Shown here in pieces: positions 18,915-27,382 of a DNA stretch of 64,000 nt. Source of the stretch: a phage; NCBI GenBank assembly GCA_013585095.1, contig GCA_013585095.1_3039.1. One strand, written 5' to 3'. Under the pieces are notes generated by a model. That model was not told where the DNA came from. It ran no database searches and saw only the letters and a list, made by a program, of their open reading frames with translations. A program made the translations under genes and the position numbers. Numbering within the stretch: the stretch's first letter is position 1; each line of letters opens with the position of its first letter.

Positions 18915-19753
18915 TTCAATTCGTAATTCCAAGTTATCAGCGTGTCGGGGCAGTTTCTGCCCTTGATATGTTTCCGACTGATTATGAACCCCATATTGTA
19001 GTGCGTGAACATGAAGAAAAAGCTTATTATGATGCCTATGGGTCTAGAGCTAAAATTATAACTATTCCTGATGATGTAAACGGAATTGCCGGTACTCGTA
19101 AAGCAATTACTGATATGTATGCAGGCCAACGAATCTGGATGATTGACGATGATACTACTATTCGTATGAGTTCAATGCGAAAAAGAGATGACCGTCGTTG
19201 TGTGGATAAAGTCAATCAATTGACTCATGAACAGTTCTATGAATTGATTCAATACGTCGAAGATGCCATGGATTGCGGGTATTATCACGGTCATGCTCGC
19301 CTACCAATTTTTAAAATTACTTCATCTTGGGGTAATTATCGTGAAAATTCATATGGATTCACGAATACATGGTATGACCTTGGAAAACTTACGACAGAAC
19401 AAATTGGGTATGGAAAAATTGATTTGTGCGAAGATATGTATGCATTTCTCAATTTAATTAATCAAGGTTATCCGCATTTGGCCTTGTTCAAATATCTAGT
19501 TGTATCTGGAAAAGCACAAGCTCCTGGCGGGTGCAGTTCAATTCGTAGTAATTCTAAACATAATAGAGCGCTTGAGCAAATCAATAGAGAGTTTCCAGAG
19601 CAAGCTCGTTGGAAAACATCGAATATTGAAAAACGAAAATCGTTGGGTGAAGAAGACGAGCCATTAAAGGTTCTTCGCATGTGTGTTTCACGTAAAGAAA
19701 AATCAGAAGCATTTCATAAGTTTAATGCTATTCATCCAATAGCAGTTGATTAA
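18911..19753 (+). CDS. DNA glycosyltransferase with DxD motif (occupies the T4 beta-gt locus; possibly beta-glucosyl-HMC alpha-glucosyltransferase type)
   Basis: 280 aa from ATG overlapping gene 42 stop; RIWMIDDDTT motif typical of GT-A enzymes; length and sequence unlike T4 beta-gt (351 aa) as I recall it. Confidence 0.6.
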   Translation: MIQFVIPSYQRVGAVSALDMFPTDYEPHIVVREHEEKAYYDAYGSRAKIITIPDDVNGIAGTRKAITDMYAGQRIWMIDDDTTIRMSSMRKRDDRRCVDKVNQLTHEQFYELIQYVEDAMDCGYYHGHARLPIFKITSSWGNYRENSYGFTNTWYDLGKLTTEQIGYGKIDLCEDMYAFLNLINQGYPHLALFKYLVVSGKAQAPGGCSSIRSNSKHNRALEQINREFPEQARWKTSNIEKRKSLGEEDEPLKVLRMCVSRKEKSEAFHKFNAIHPIAVD

Positions 19754-19777
19754 TGCCTAAATTTATTGTGTTATAAT
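19754..19777 (+). promoter_or_regulatory. possible MotA-box middle promoter upstream of uvsX
   Basis: degenerate box TGCCTAA, 11-nt spacer, TATAAT. Confidence 0.4.
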
Positions 19778-19830
19778 TACTCTATCTTTAACCAGTGAGG
19801 AAAATATAATGATGCCTATGGAAAAAATGA

Positions 19831-21012
19831 ATGTCTATTGCAGATTTAAAATCCCGTTTGATTAAAGCTTCCACTTCTAAAATGACTGCTGAACTGACTA
19901 CATCTAAATTCTTTAATGAAAAGGATGTAATCCGTACAAAAATCCCAATGCTTAATATTGCTATTTCTGGTGCGATTGATGGCGGCATGCAGTCTGGTTT
20001 AACTATTTTCGCAGGGCCTTCTAAACACTTTAAATCAAATATGTCTTTGACTATGGTTGCGGCATATTTGAACAAATATCCTGACGCGGTTTGTCTATTC
20101 TATGATAGTGAATTTGGTATTACTCCAGCTTATTTGCGATCTATGGGAGTTGACCCGGAACGAGTAATTCATACGCCGATTCAGTCAGTTGAACAGCTGA
20201 AAATTGATATGGTGAACCAGCTTGAAGCTATTGAGCGCGGTGAAAAAGTTATTGTATTCATCGACTCAATCGGTAATATGGCTTCTAAGAAAGAAACTGA
20301 AGATGCCTTGAATGAAAAATCTGTGGCAGATATGACTCGTGCTAAATCGCTGAAGTCATTATTCCGTATTGTTACTCCTTACTTTAGCATTAAAAATATT
20401 CCATGCGTTGCGGTTAACCATACAATTGAAACAATTGAAATGTTTAGTAAAACCGTGATGACAGGTGGTACAGGCGTAATGTATTCGGCTGATACCGTAT
20501 TCATTATCGGTAAACGTCAGATTAAAGATGGTTCTGATCTTCAAGGGTATCAATTTGTTCTAAATGTAGAAAAATCTCGTACCGTTAAAGAAAAAAGTAA
20601 ATTCTTTATTGATGTTAAATTTGACGGCGGTATCGATCCTTATTCTGGATTGTTAGATATGGCTCTAGAATTAGGATTCGTGGTAAAACCTAAAAATGGT
20701 TGGTATGCTCGTGAATTTCTTGATGAAGAAACCGGCGAGATGATTCGCGAAGAAAAATCTTGGCGTGCAAAAGATACCAACTGCACTACATTCTGGGGTC
20801 CTTTATTTAAGCATCAACCATTCCGTGATGCTATTAAGCGTGCTTATCAGTTAGGTGCTATTGATAGTAATGAAATTGTTGAAGCTGAAGTTGATGAGTT
20901 GATTAACTCAAAGGTTGAAAAATTTAAATCTCCAGAAAGTAAAAGTAAATCAGCTGCTGATTTAGAAACTGACCTAGATCAGCTAAGTGATATGGAAGAA
21001 TTTAATGAATAA
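19831..21012 (+). CDS. uvsX: RecA-like recombinase UvsX
   Basis: 393 aa; Walker A GPSKHFKS; acidic C-terminal tail. Confidence 0.93.
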   Translation: MSIADLKSRLIKASTSKMTAELTTSKFFNEKDVIRTKIPMLNIAISGAIDGGMQSGLTIFAGPSKHFKSNMSLTMVAAYLNKYPDAVCLFYDSEFGITPAYLRSMGVDPERVIHTPIQSVEQLKIDMVNQLEAIERGEKVIVFIDSIGNMASKKETEDALNEKSVADMTRAKSLKSLFRIVTPYFSIKNIPCVAVNHTIETIEMFSKTVMTGGTGVMYSADTVFIIGKRQIKDGSDLQGYQFVLNVEKSRTVKEKSKFFIDVKFDGGIDPYSGLLDMALELGFVVKPKNGWYAREFLDEETGEMIREEKSWRAKDTNCTTFWGPLFKHQPFRDAIKRAYQLGAIDSNEIVEAEVDELINSKVEKFKSPESKSKSAADLETDLDQLSDMEEFNE

Positions 21013-21349
21013 AGATGATTTAGATTTAGATCTAGAAATTATCGATGAATCCCCCTCTTCGGAGGGGGAAGAAGAAAGAAAAGAACGTCTTTTTAATGAA
21101 TCTCTTAAGATAATTAAATCTGCCATGGAAAATGTTATCCAGGAGATTGTCATTAAACTAGAAGATGGTTCTACACACATTGTGTATGTGACAAAATTAG
21201 ATTGGGTTGATGGAAAAGTCGTAATGGACTTTGCTGTTCTTGACCAAGAAAGAAAAGCTGAGTTAGCTCCTCATGTAGAAAAATGTATTACAATGCAACT
21301 ACAAGATGCATTTAATAAAAGATCAAAGAAAAAGTTTAAATTCTTTTAA
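21005..21349 (+). CDS. 40: head vertex assembly protein gp40
   Basis: ORF-track 20987 trimmed to ATG overlapping uvsX stop; position between uvsX and 41. Confidence 0.7.
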   Translation: MNKDDLDLDLEIIDESPSSEGEEERKERLFNESLKIIKSAMENVIQEIVIKLEDGSTHIVYVTKLDWVDGKVVMDFAVLDQERKAELAPHVEKCITMQLQDAFNKRSKKKFKFF

Positions 21350-21358
21350 GGAGTAAGT

Positions 21359-22786
21359 GTGGTAGAAATTATTCTTTCTCATCTTATATTTGATCAAGCT
21401 TATTTTTCAAAAGTTTGGCCATATATGGATTCAGAATATTTTGAAAGTGGTCCAGCTAAAAATACGTTCAAATTAATTAAATCTCATGTTAATGAGTATC
21501 ATAGCGTTCCATCTATTAATGCGTTAAATGTTGCATTAGAAAATAGTTCATTTACTGAAACAGAATATTCTGGTGTAAAAACACTTATTTCAAAACTGGC
21601 TGATTCTCCAGAAGACCACAGCTGGTTAGTAAAAGAAACAGAAAAATATGTTCAGCAAAGGGCGATGTTTAATGCTACGTCTAAAATAATCGAAATTCAA
21701 ACTAATGCTGAGCTTCCTCCGGAAAAACGAAATAAGAAAATGCCAGATGTAGGTGCTATTCCTGACATCATGCGGCAAGCATTATCTATTTCATTTGATA
21801 GTTACGTTGGTCATGATTGGATGGATGACTATGAAGCACGTTGGCTATCTTATATGAATAAAGCTCGTAAAGTTCCATTTAAACTCAGAATTCTAAACAA
21901 AATTACTAAAGGCGGAGCTGAGACTGGAACACTGAACGTTTTAATGGCTGGCGTTAACGTTGGTAAATCATTAGGATTGTGTTCATTAGCAGCAGATTAT
22001 TTACAGCTCGGACATAATGTTCTTTACATTTCCATGGAAATGGCAGAAGAAGTCTGTGCTAAGCGTATTGACGCTAACATGCTTGATGTTTCTCTTGATG
22101 ACATTGATGATGGGCATATTTCTTACGCTGAATATAAAGGAAAAATGGAAAAATGGCGTGAGAAATCTACCCTTGGTCGTTTAATCGTTAAGCAATATCC
22201 TACTGGTGGAGCAGACGCTAATACATTTCGATCACTTTTAAATGAATTGAAGCTCAAGAAGAATTTTGTTCCAACAATCATTATTGTCGACTATCTAGGT
22301 ATTTGTAAATCTTGCCGCATTAGAGTTTATTCAGAAAATAGTTACACAACTGTTAAAGCTATTGCAGAGGAATTGCGTGCTCTTGCTGTTGAAACCGAAA
22401 CTGTTCTTTGGACTGCAGCACAGGTTGGTAAACAAGCTTGGGATTCTTCTGATGTTAACATGAGCGATATTGCAGAATCTGCTGGTCTTCCAGCAACAGC
22501 TGATTTTATGCTTGCGGTCATTGAAACCGAGGAGCTAGCAGCTGCTGAACAACAACTCATTAAGCAAATCAAATCACGATATGGTGATAAGAACAAATGG
22601 AATAAGTTTTTGATGGGTGTTCAAAAAGGAAATCAAAAATGGGTAGAAATTGAACAAGATTCTACTCCAACCGAAGTGAGTGAAGTAGCAGGTTCACAAC
22701 AGATTCAGGCTGAACAGAATCGCTATCAAAGAAATGAATCCACTCGAGCTCAGTTAGATGCTTTGGCAAATGAATTAAAATTTTAG
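21359..22786 (+). CDS. 41: replicative DNA helicase gp41 (DnaB-like)
   Basis: 475 aa; Walker A GVNVGKS; GTG start after AAGGAG. Confidence 0.93.
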   Translation: MVEIILSHLIFDQAYFSKVWPYMDSEYFESGPAKNTFKLIKSHVNEYHSVPSINALNVALENSSFTETEYSGVKTLISKLADSPEDHSWLVKETEKYVQQRAMFNATSKIIEIQTNAELPPEKRNKKMPDVGAIPDIMRQALSISFDSYVGHDWMDDYEARWLSYMNKARKVPFKLRILNKITKGGAETGTLNVLMAGVNVGKSLGLCSLAADYLQLGHNVLYISMEMAEEVCAKRIDANMLDVSLDDIDDGHISYAEYKGKMEKWREKSTLGRLIVKQYPTGGADANTFRSLLNELKLKKNFVPTIIIVDYLGICKSCRIRVYSENSYTTVKAIAEELRALAVETETVLWTAAQVGKQAWDSSDVNMSDIAESAGLPATADFMLAVIETEELAAAEQQLIKQIKSRYGDKNKWNKFLMGVQKGNQKWVEIEQDSTPTEVSEVAGSQQIQAEQNRYQRNESTRAQLDALANELKF

Positions 22787-22815
22787 TTTACAAACTGACA
22801 AGACTATGGTATAGT
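22786..22815 (+). promoter_or_regulatory. early promoter with stem-loop, starts at the gene 41 stop codon
   Basis: TAG-TTTACA, 17 bp, TATAGT; 8-bp inverted repeat CAAGACTA/TAGTCTTG brackets the -10. Confidence 0.6.
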
Positions 22816-22844
22816 AGTCTTGTTGGTTAAATGAGGAGATTGTT

Positions 22845-23027
22845 ATGGAATTGGTAAAGGTAGTTTTTATGGGGTGGTTTAAGAATGAAAGCATGTTTAC
22901 TAAAGAAATCACAATGATGAAAGATGACGTTCAATGGGCTACTACTCAATATGCTGAAGTTAATAAAGCATTAGTTAAAGCTTTCATTGATGACAAGAAA
23001 GTGTGCGAAGTGGATTGCCGAGGATAA
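22845..23027 (+). CDS. dmd: Dmd-like protein (T4 61.5 position; antitoxin against RnlA/LsoA in T4)
   Basis: 60-aa ORF immediately downstream of gene 41 with GAGGAG SD; assignment by size and position only. Confidence 0.5.
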   Translation: MELVKVVFMGWFKNESMFTKEITMMKDDVQWATTQYAEVNKALVKAFIDDKKVCEVDCRG

Positions 23028-23028
23028 T

Positions 23029-23286
23029 ATGCATATTGTTTTATTTAAACCTACTCCGTATAACGTCAGGAAAAATACTCAATTCAAAGCACTTATTGCA
23101 GATACGTGGGAATTGGTGTTAGATATTCCAGCAGAAGAAAGTCCTCCATTTGGTCGAGTGGAATTTATTAAGTTTGCTGTACGTCCTACGAAGAGGCAGA
23201 TTCGTCAGTATAAAAGGTATTTTCGTAAAATCGTTAAGCTAGAGAAACAGTTTGTAACATGTGATTACGCAGAAGTTTTAAAATAG
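23029..23286 (+). CDS. hypothetical protein (T4 61.4 position)
   Basis: ORF-track 22987 trimmed to ATG after GAGGA; 85 aa. Confidence 0.45.
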   Translation: MHIVLFKPTPYNVRKNTQFKALIADTWELVLDIPAEESPPFGRVEFIKFAVRPTKRQIRQYKRYFRKIVKLEKQFVTCDYAEVLK

Positions 23287-23288
23287 CT

Positions 23289-23318
23289 GTTTACTTTTGT
23301 TGGAAATTGAGATACTAT
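23289..23318 (+). promoter_or_regulatory. early promoter
   Basis: GTTTACT, 17 bp, TACTAT; then GAGGAG SD of next gene. Confidence 0.5.
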
Positions 23319-23346
23319 ATAAACATAAACTACTGAGGAGATTATC

Positions 23347-23640
23347 ATGAAAAAATTTATTTTTGCTACAATTTTTACTTTGGCTTCTTGTGCTGCTCAG
23401 CCTGCTATGGCAGGATATGATAAAGATTTGTGTGAATGGTCTATGACTGCAGATCAGACTGAAGTTGAAACTCAAATTGAAGCGGATATTATGAATATCG
23501 TTGAGCGTGATCGTCCTGAAATGAAAGCTGAAGTGCAAAAACAACTTAAGTCTGATGGTGTAATGCAGTATAATTATGTTCTGTATTGCGATAAAAACTT
23601 TAATAACAAAAATATCGTAACCGAAATCACAGGCGAATAA
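23347..23640 (+). CDS. sp: Sp (spackle)-like periplasmic protein
   Basis: 97 aa; 22-residue signal peptide MKKFIFATIFTLASCAAQPAMA; two Cys in mature part; assignment by size, signal peptide and position. Confidence 0.5.
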   Translation: MKKFIFATIFTLASCAAQPAMAGYDKDLCEWSMTADQTEVETQIEADIMNIVERDRPEMKAEVQKQLKSDGVMQYNYVLYCDKNFNNKNIVTEITGE

Positions 23641-23641
23641 T

Positions 23642-24274
23642 ATGATTTATTATATGCACAAAAATCCACCGTTTAAATACGGTAAATTTCCTGATGCACA
23701 ATGTTATAATATAACGCCTGATGAAAATAACCGTGGATATCTTATTGGCACAATTTTTGTAATTGTTAAAGATAACGAAATCGTTGCCTGGGCAGATTTT
23801 AAAGGTACAACATATGATGTTAATCCGGTGCCTTTCACATATTACAATTTAATGGATTTGGCATACGATTATAATTGGTTTAATCATGACACTTTGGCTC
23901 ATATTGAAGGTGTAGGATTTGATATTTCATATTCGGAATACACTTTAAGCCCTATGAGTCGAGCCCATAAAGAACCTGAATATTTTTCATTTAGGAAACG
24001 TGTAAACTTTAAACGCAGCACAGAGTATGTCGGTGGAATCTTTGTTAAAGATAATCGAATTATTCGTATTAATTATCCTTTGAGCGTTAGTCAAAAAGAT
24101 ATTGATGTTGATTTAGATTTCACTGAAAATAATATTAATAATATTGCTTCTGTGTATTTTGGTATCGATCACAAAATTGTAATATGTGGATATGAATTAC
24201 CGTTTGAAGAACAGCCTAAAGTAAAAGTTTCTATTGACGATCAAATTTTTAATGCTTTTATGAATAAAGGTTAA
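23642..24274 (+). CDS. hypothetical protein (T4 61.2 position), internally duplicated
   Basis: 210 aa; two VKDN-containing modules; C-terminal SIDDQIFNAFMNKG shared with next ORF. Confidence 0.55.
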   Translation: MIYYMHKNPPFKYGKFPDAQCYNITPDENNRGYLIGTIFVIVKDNEIVAWADFKGTTYDVNPVPFTYYNLMDLAYDYNWFNHDTLAHIEGVGFDISYSEYTLSPMSRAHKEPEYFSFRKRVNFKRSTEYVGGIFVKDNRIIRINYPLSVSQKDIDVDLDFTENNINNIASVYFGIDHKIVICGYELPFEEQPKVKVSIDDQIFNAFMNKG

Positions 24275-24275
24275 T

Positions 24276-24632
24276 ATGTATAGTTCTGAATTTTCATATT
24301 TAAAAATGGAAAAAATTTCATACGATTTCATAGATGAAAAGGTTTATTACAGTTTCCATGAACCGCGTTTTAATAGTGAGGTTGGGTTTATTGTAGTAAA
24401 AGACAATTTCATTTTAAAGATATATTCGGCATTAAAGGATTTTCACTACGAAAATATTAACCTAAAATTTGATAAAGAAAACGTTCGTAATTGTGCAGTA
24501 ACAATTACAGGAAATAAAGGTACATGTGTTATGCTATCTGATGAAATTAATGATTTACTAAATGATGCAGAAAATATTACTGCGCCATCTATTGATGACC
24601 AAATTTTTAATGCTTTTATGAATAGAGGTTAA
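24276..24632 (+). CDS. hypothetical protein, paralog of upstream ORF (T4 61.1 position)
   Basis: 118 aa; one VKDN module; C-terminal SIDDQIFNAFMNRG. Confidence 0.55.
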   Translation: MYSSEFSYLKMEKISYDFIDEKVYYSFHEPRFNSEVGFIVVKDNFILKIYSALKDFHYENINLKFDKENVRNCAVTITGNKGTCVMLSDEINDLLNDAENITAPSIDDQIFNAFMNRG

Positions 24633-24633
24633 T

Positions 24634-24798
24634 ATGAAAACATATAAAGAATTTATTAAAGAAGATATGGTCGCTGGAGATTCAGGTGGTAATCCTGAAA
24701 ATATCTCTACTGGAACAACGTCAGGCGCTGTAGTAAATAAAGGTCCTGAGCAGATTCCTAAAAAGAAAAAAGAGGAATCTAAAGAAAAAGAAGAGTAA
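24634..24798 (+). CDS. hypothetical small low-complexity protein (54 aa)
   Basis: ATG 2 nt after previous stop; Gly/Lys/Glu-rich; read from sequence. Confidence 0.3.
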   Translation: MKTYKEFIKEDMVAGDSGGNPENISTGTTSGAVVNKGPEQIPKKKKEESKEKEE

Positions 24799-24800
24799 AA

Positions 24801-25829
24801 ATGTCATCAATACCTTGGATTGATAATGAGTTTGCGTATCGTGCATTAGCTCATTTACCTAAATTCACACAAGTAAATAATAGTTCAACTTTTAAATTAC
24901 GGTTTAGATGCCCAGTTTGTGGAGATTCAAAAACCGACCAGAATAAAGCCCGTGGATGGTATTATGGTGATAATAATGAAGGAAATATTCATTGTTATAA
25001 CTGTAACTATCATGCACCAATCGGAATATATTTAAAGGAGTTTGAACCTGATTTATATCGTGAGTATATCTTTGAAATAAGAAAAGAAAAAGGTAAAAGT
25101 CGTCCAGTAGAAAAACCTAAAGAACTTCCTAAACAACCTGAGAAGAAAATAATTAAATCTCTTCTGTCATGTGTTAGATTAGATAAACTGGCGGAAGACC
25201 ATCCAATTATAAAATATGTAAAAGCTCGTTGTATTCCAAAGGATAAATGGAAATATCTTTGGTTTACAACCGAATGGCCTAAATTAGTTAATAGCATAGC
25301 ACCGGGAACATACAAAAAGGAAATTTCTGAGCCTCGTCTTGTTATTCCAATTTATAATGCTAACGGAAAAGCTGAGTCTTTTCAAGGACGTGCATTAAAG
25401 AAAGATGCTCCACAAAAGTATATCACCATTAAAGCTTATCCTGAGGCAACAAAAATATATGGAGTAGAACGAGTTAAAGATGGTGATGTATATGTTCTAG
25501 AAGGACCTATAGATTCACTTTTTATTGAAAATGGTATAGCTATTACGGGTGGTCAATTAGACCTAGAAGTTGTTCCATTTAAAGATAGACGAGTGTGGGT
25601 TTTAGATAATGAACCTCGTCACCCTGACACTATCAAACGAATGACTAAATTAGTTGATGCAGGAGAAAGGATTATGTTTTGGGATAAATCTCCCTGGAAA
25701 TCTAAAGATGTTAATGATATGATTAGAAAGGAAGGTGCAACCCCTGAACAAATTATGGAATATATGAGAAATAATATTGCCCAGGGGTTGATGGCTAAAA
25801 TGCGGCTATCTAAATATGCTAAGATTTAA
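24801..25829 (+). CDS. 61: DNA primase gp61
   Basis: 342 aa; N-terminal zinc ribbon CPVCGDS..CYNCNYH; TOPRIM-like region. Confidence 0.92.
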   Translation: MSSIPWIDNEFAYRALAHLPKFTQVNNSSTFKLRFRCPVCGDSKTDQNKARGWYYGDNNEGNIHCYNCNYHAPIGIYLKEFEPDLYREYIFEIRKEKGKSRPVEKPKELPKQPEKKIIKSLLSCVRLDKLAEDHPIIKYVKARCIPKDKWKYLWFTTEWPKLVNSIAPGTYKKEISEPRLVIPIYNANGKAESFQGRALKKDAPQKYITIKAYPEATKIYGVERVKDGDVYVLEGPIDSLFIENGIAITGGQLDLEVVPFKDRRVWVLDNEPRHPDTIKRMTKLVDAGERIMFWDKSPWKSKDVNDMIRKEGATPEQIMEYMRNNIAQGLMAKMRLSKYAKI

Positions 25830-26026
25830 ATTAACCCAACCAAAGCAAATGCTAAATCTACGAATGTATCAAGAGTAATTACTGGAATATTAACACCATG
25901 AGCAATAGCAATTGGTGATAAAACAAAATTCCAGAGTAAAATTCCTATCATAGCAGAAATAGTAAAAGCTATACGTTTTTTATTACCTTTTATGGCATTA
26001 ACAAGTGCCATTAATTTTTGTACCAT
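25826..26026 (-). CDS. hypothetical two-helix membrane protein, convergent with gene 61
   Basis: 66-aa ORF; AAGGAGG SD 4 nt before ATG; 3' end overlaps gene 61 stop by 4 nt; fills an otherwise non-coding gap. Confidence 0.5.
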   Translation of the reverse strand: MVQKLMALVNAIKGNKKRIAFTISAMIGILLWNFVLSPIAIAHGVNIPVITLDTFVDLAFALVGLI

Positions 26027-26039
26027 ATGTCCTCCTTGT

Positions 26040-26063
26040 TGCTTTATATATTTATTGTATAAT
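26040..26063 (+). promoter_or_regulatory. MotA-box middle promoter upstream of gene 56
   Basis: TTGCTTTA box, 11-nt spacer, TATAAT. Confidence 0.55.
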
Positions 26064-26097
26064 TAATCTACTAACCCATGAATTGAAAGGAAAAATA

Positions 26098-26616
26098 ATG
26101 GCTTACTTTAATGAATGTGCTCATTTGATCGAAGGTGTTGATAAAGCAAATCGTGCATATGCTGAGAATATTATGCACAATATTGACCCACTGCAGGTTA
26201 TGCTTGATATGCAGCGGCATTTACAGATTCGTTTGGCTAATGATAAACCAGAAACAAATCGTCATCCTGATTCACTTGAAACCGCAGGAGAAGTTCTTGC
26301 TTGGTTGCGAAACCAAGACGATTATATCGCAGATGAAACTCGCGAACTATATACTTCTCTTGGTGGTATGAGTAATGGTGAAAAAGAAGCTTCTGCTGTA
26401 TGGAAACCTTGGAAGAAACGTTATTCTGAAATGCAATCCAAGAAAATTCAAGATTTATCTCCCGAAGATCAGCTTGAAATTAAATTTGAACTGATTGACC
26501 AATTTCACTTTTTCATGAATAAATTTATTGCTCTTGGAATGTCAGCTGAAGAAATCTTTAAACTTTATTACCTGAAAAATGCTGAAAACTTCGCTCGTCA
26601 AGACCGAGGTTATTAA
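26098..26616 (+). CDS. 56: dCTP pyrophosphatase gp56
   Basis: ORF-track 26005 trimmed to MAYFNECAHLIEGVD after GGAAAAATA; 172 aa; C-terminal FKLYYLKNAENFARQDRGY as I recall T4 gp56. Confidence 0.88.
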   Translation: MAYFNECAHLIEGVDKANRAYAENIMHNIDPLQVMLDMQRHLQIRLANDKPETNRHPDSLETAGEVLAWLRNQDDYIADETRELYTSLGGMSNGEKEASAVWKPWKKRYSEMQSKKIQDLSPEDQLEIKFELIDQFHFFMNKFIALGMSAEEIFKLYYLKNAENFARQDRGY

Positions 26617-26816
26617 TGGCTCGTTTAAATAAGCGTCAGCTTAAGAAAGCCCATAAGAAACGTATTGACCAGCTATTTAAAGATTATAACAAGGAGCTCG
26701 TATGTGAGCTCTTAACTAATCAACTTCGTATGGTTGATTGGGTTATAGAAGAAGGTCCTGACGAAATTTTTGTCAGCGAAGAAGCCTTAAAATTAATTAT
26801 AGAGCATTCAAAATGA
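26616..26816 (+). CDS. hypothetical basic protein
   Basis: 66-aa ORF, overlaps gene 56 stop. Confidence 0.5.
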   Translation: MARLNKRQLKKAHKKRIDQLFKDYNKELVCELLTNQLRMVDWVIEEGPDEIFVSEEALKLIIEHSK

Positions 26817-27022
26817 AATTTGATTTCTACGCGTGGCAAAAAGCCGGGAGACCGGCTACTCGAGCATTTGGTTCTGATGGATATAATATTAGAGCCCATT
26901 GGAAATTTAATGCTCCAGAAGATTATTCTCCGGTAATTATTAACGGCGATATTGTTATATTAACTAAAATTGGGTATTTTAACGTTCCGCGAGAATTTAT
27001 TATAAATAATCATGTAATTTAA
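26813..27022 (+). CDS. hypothetical protein
   Basis: 69-aa ORF; contains the soc late promoter at its 3' end. Confidence 0.5.
   Translation: MKFDFYAWQKAGRPATRAFGSDGYNIRAHWKFNAPEDYSPVIINGDIVILTKIGYFNVPREFIINNHVI
27001..27008 (+). promoter_or_regulatory. late promoter (TATAAATA) for soc
   Basis: exact TATAAATA about 30 nt upstream of soc ATG. Confidence 0.7.
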
Positions 27023-27038
27023 ATAAAAGGAGAATTAC

Positions 27039-27284
27039 ATGGCTAGTACTCGCGGTTATGTTAATATCAAAACATTTGAGCAGAAATTAGATGGAAATAA
27101 GAAAATTGAAGGAAAGGAAATTTCTGTAGCTTTCCCTCTTTATTCTGACGTTCACAAAATTTCTGGTGCTCATTATCAGACATTCCCTTCAGAAAAAGCA
27201 GCATATTCTACAGTATATGAAGAAAATCAACGTACTGAATGGATTGCTGCAAATGAAGATTTGTGGAAAGTAACTGGTGAATAA
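27039..27284 (+). CDS. soc: small outer capsid protein Soc
   Basis: 81-aa ORF; late promoter upstream and strong terminator downstream. Confidence 0.82.
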   Translation: MASTRGYVNIKTFEQKLDGNKKIEGKEISVAFPLYSDVHKISGAHYQTFPSEKAAYSTVYEENQRTEWIAANEDLWKVTGE

Positions 27285-27290
27285 ATTCAA

Positions 27291-27316
27291 GGACTCCTTC
27301 GGGAGTCCTTTTTTTT
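27291..27316 (+). terminator. rho-independent terminator
   Basis: GGACTCC-TTCG-GGAGTCC then TTTTTTTT. Confidence 0.85.
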
Positions 27317-27326
27317 CATTTAAATG

Positions 27327-27356
27327 GTTTACTTTCCAAAATGAGTATGGTATAAT
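27327..27356 (+). promoter_or_regulatory. early promoter
   Basis: GTTTACT, 17 bp, TGG-TATAAT. Confidence 0.65.
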
Positions 27357-27382
27357 AGAATTATCTTATAGAGGAGAGCACT

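Noticed and set aside
22845-24798. About 2 kb of small ORFs between helicase gene 41 and primase gene 61 looked at first like a novel inserted island
   Set aside because: ORF sizes and order (60 aa, 85 aa, 97 aa with 22-residue signal peptide, about 210 aa, about 118 aa) match the known T4 61.5(dmd)-61.4-61.3(sp)-61.2-61.1 cluster as I recall it, so this is the conserved anti-host cluster rather than a new system; only the paralog relationship is reported as a finding.
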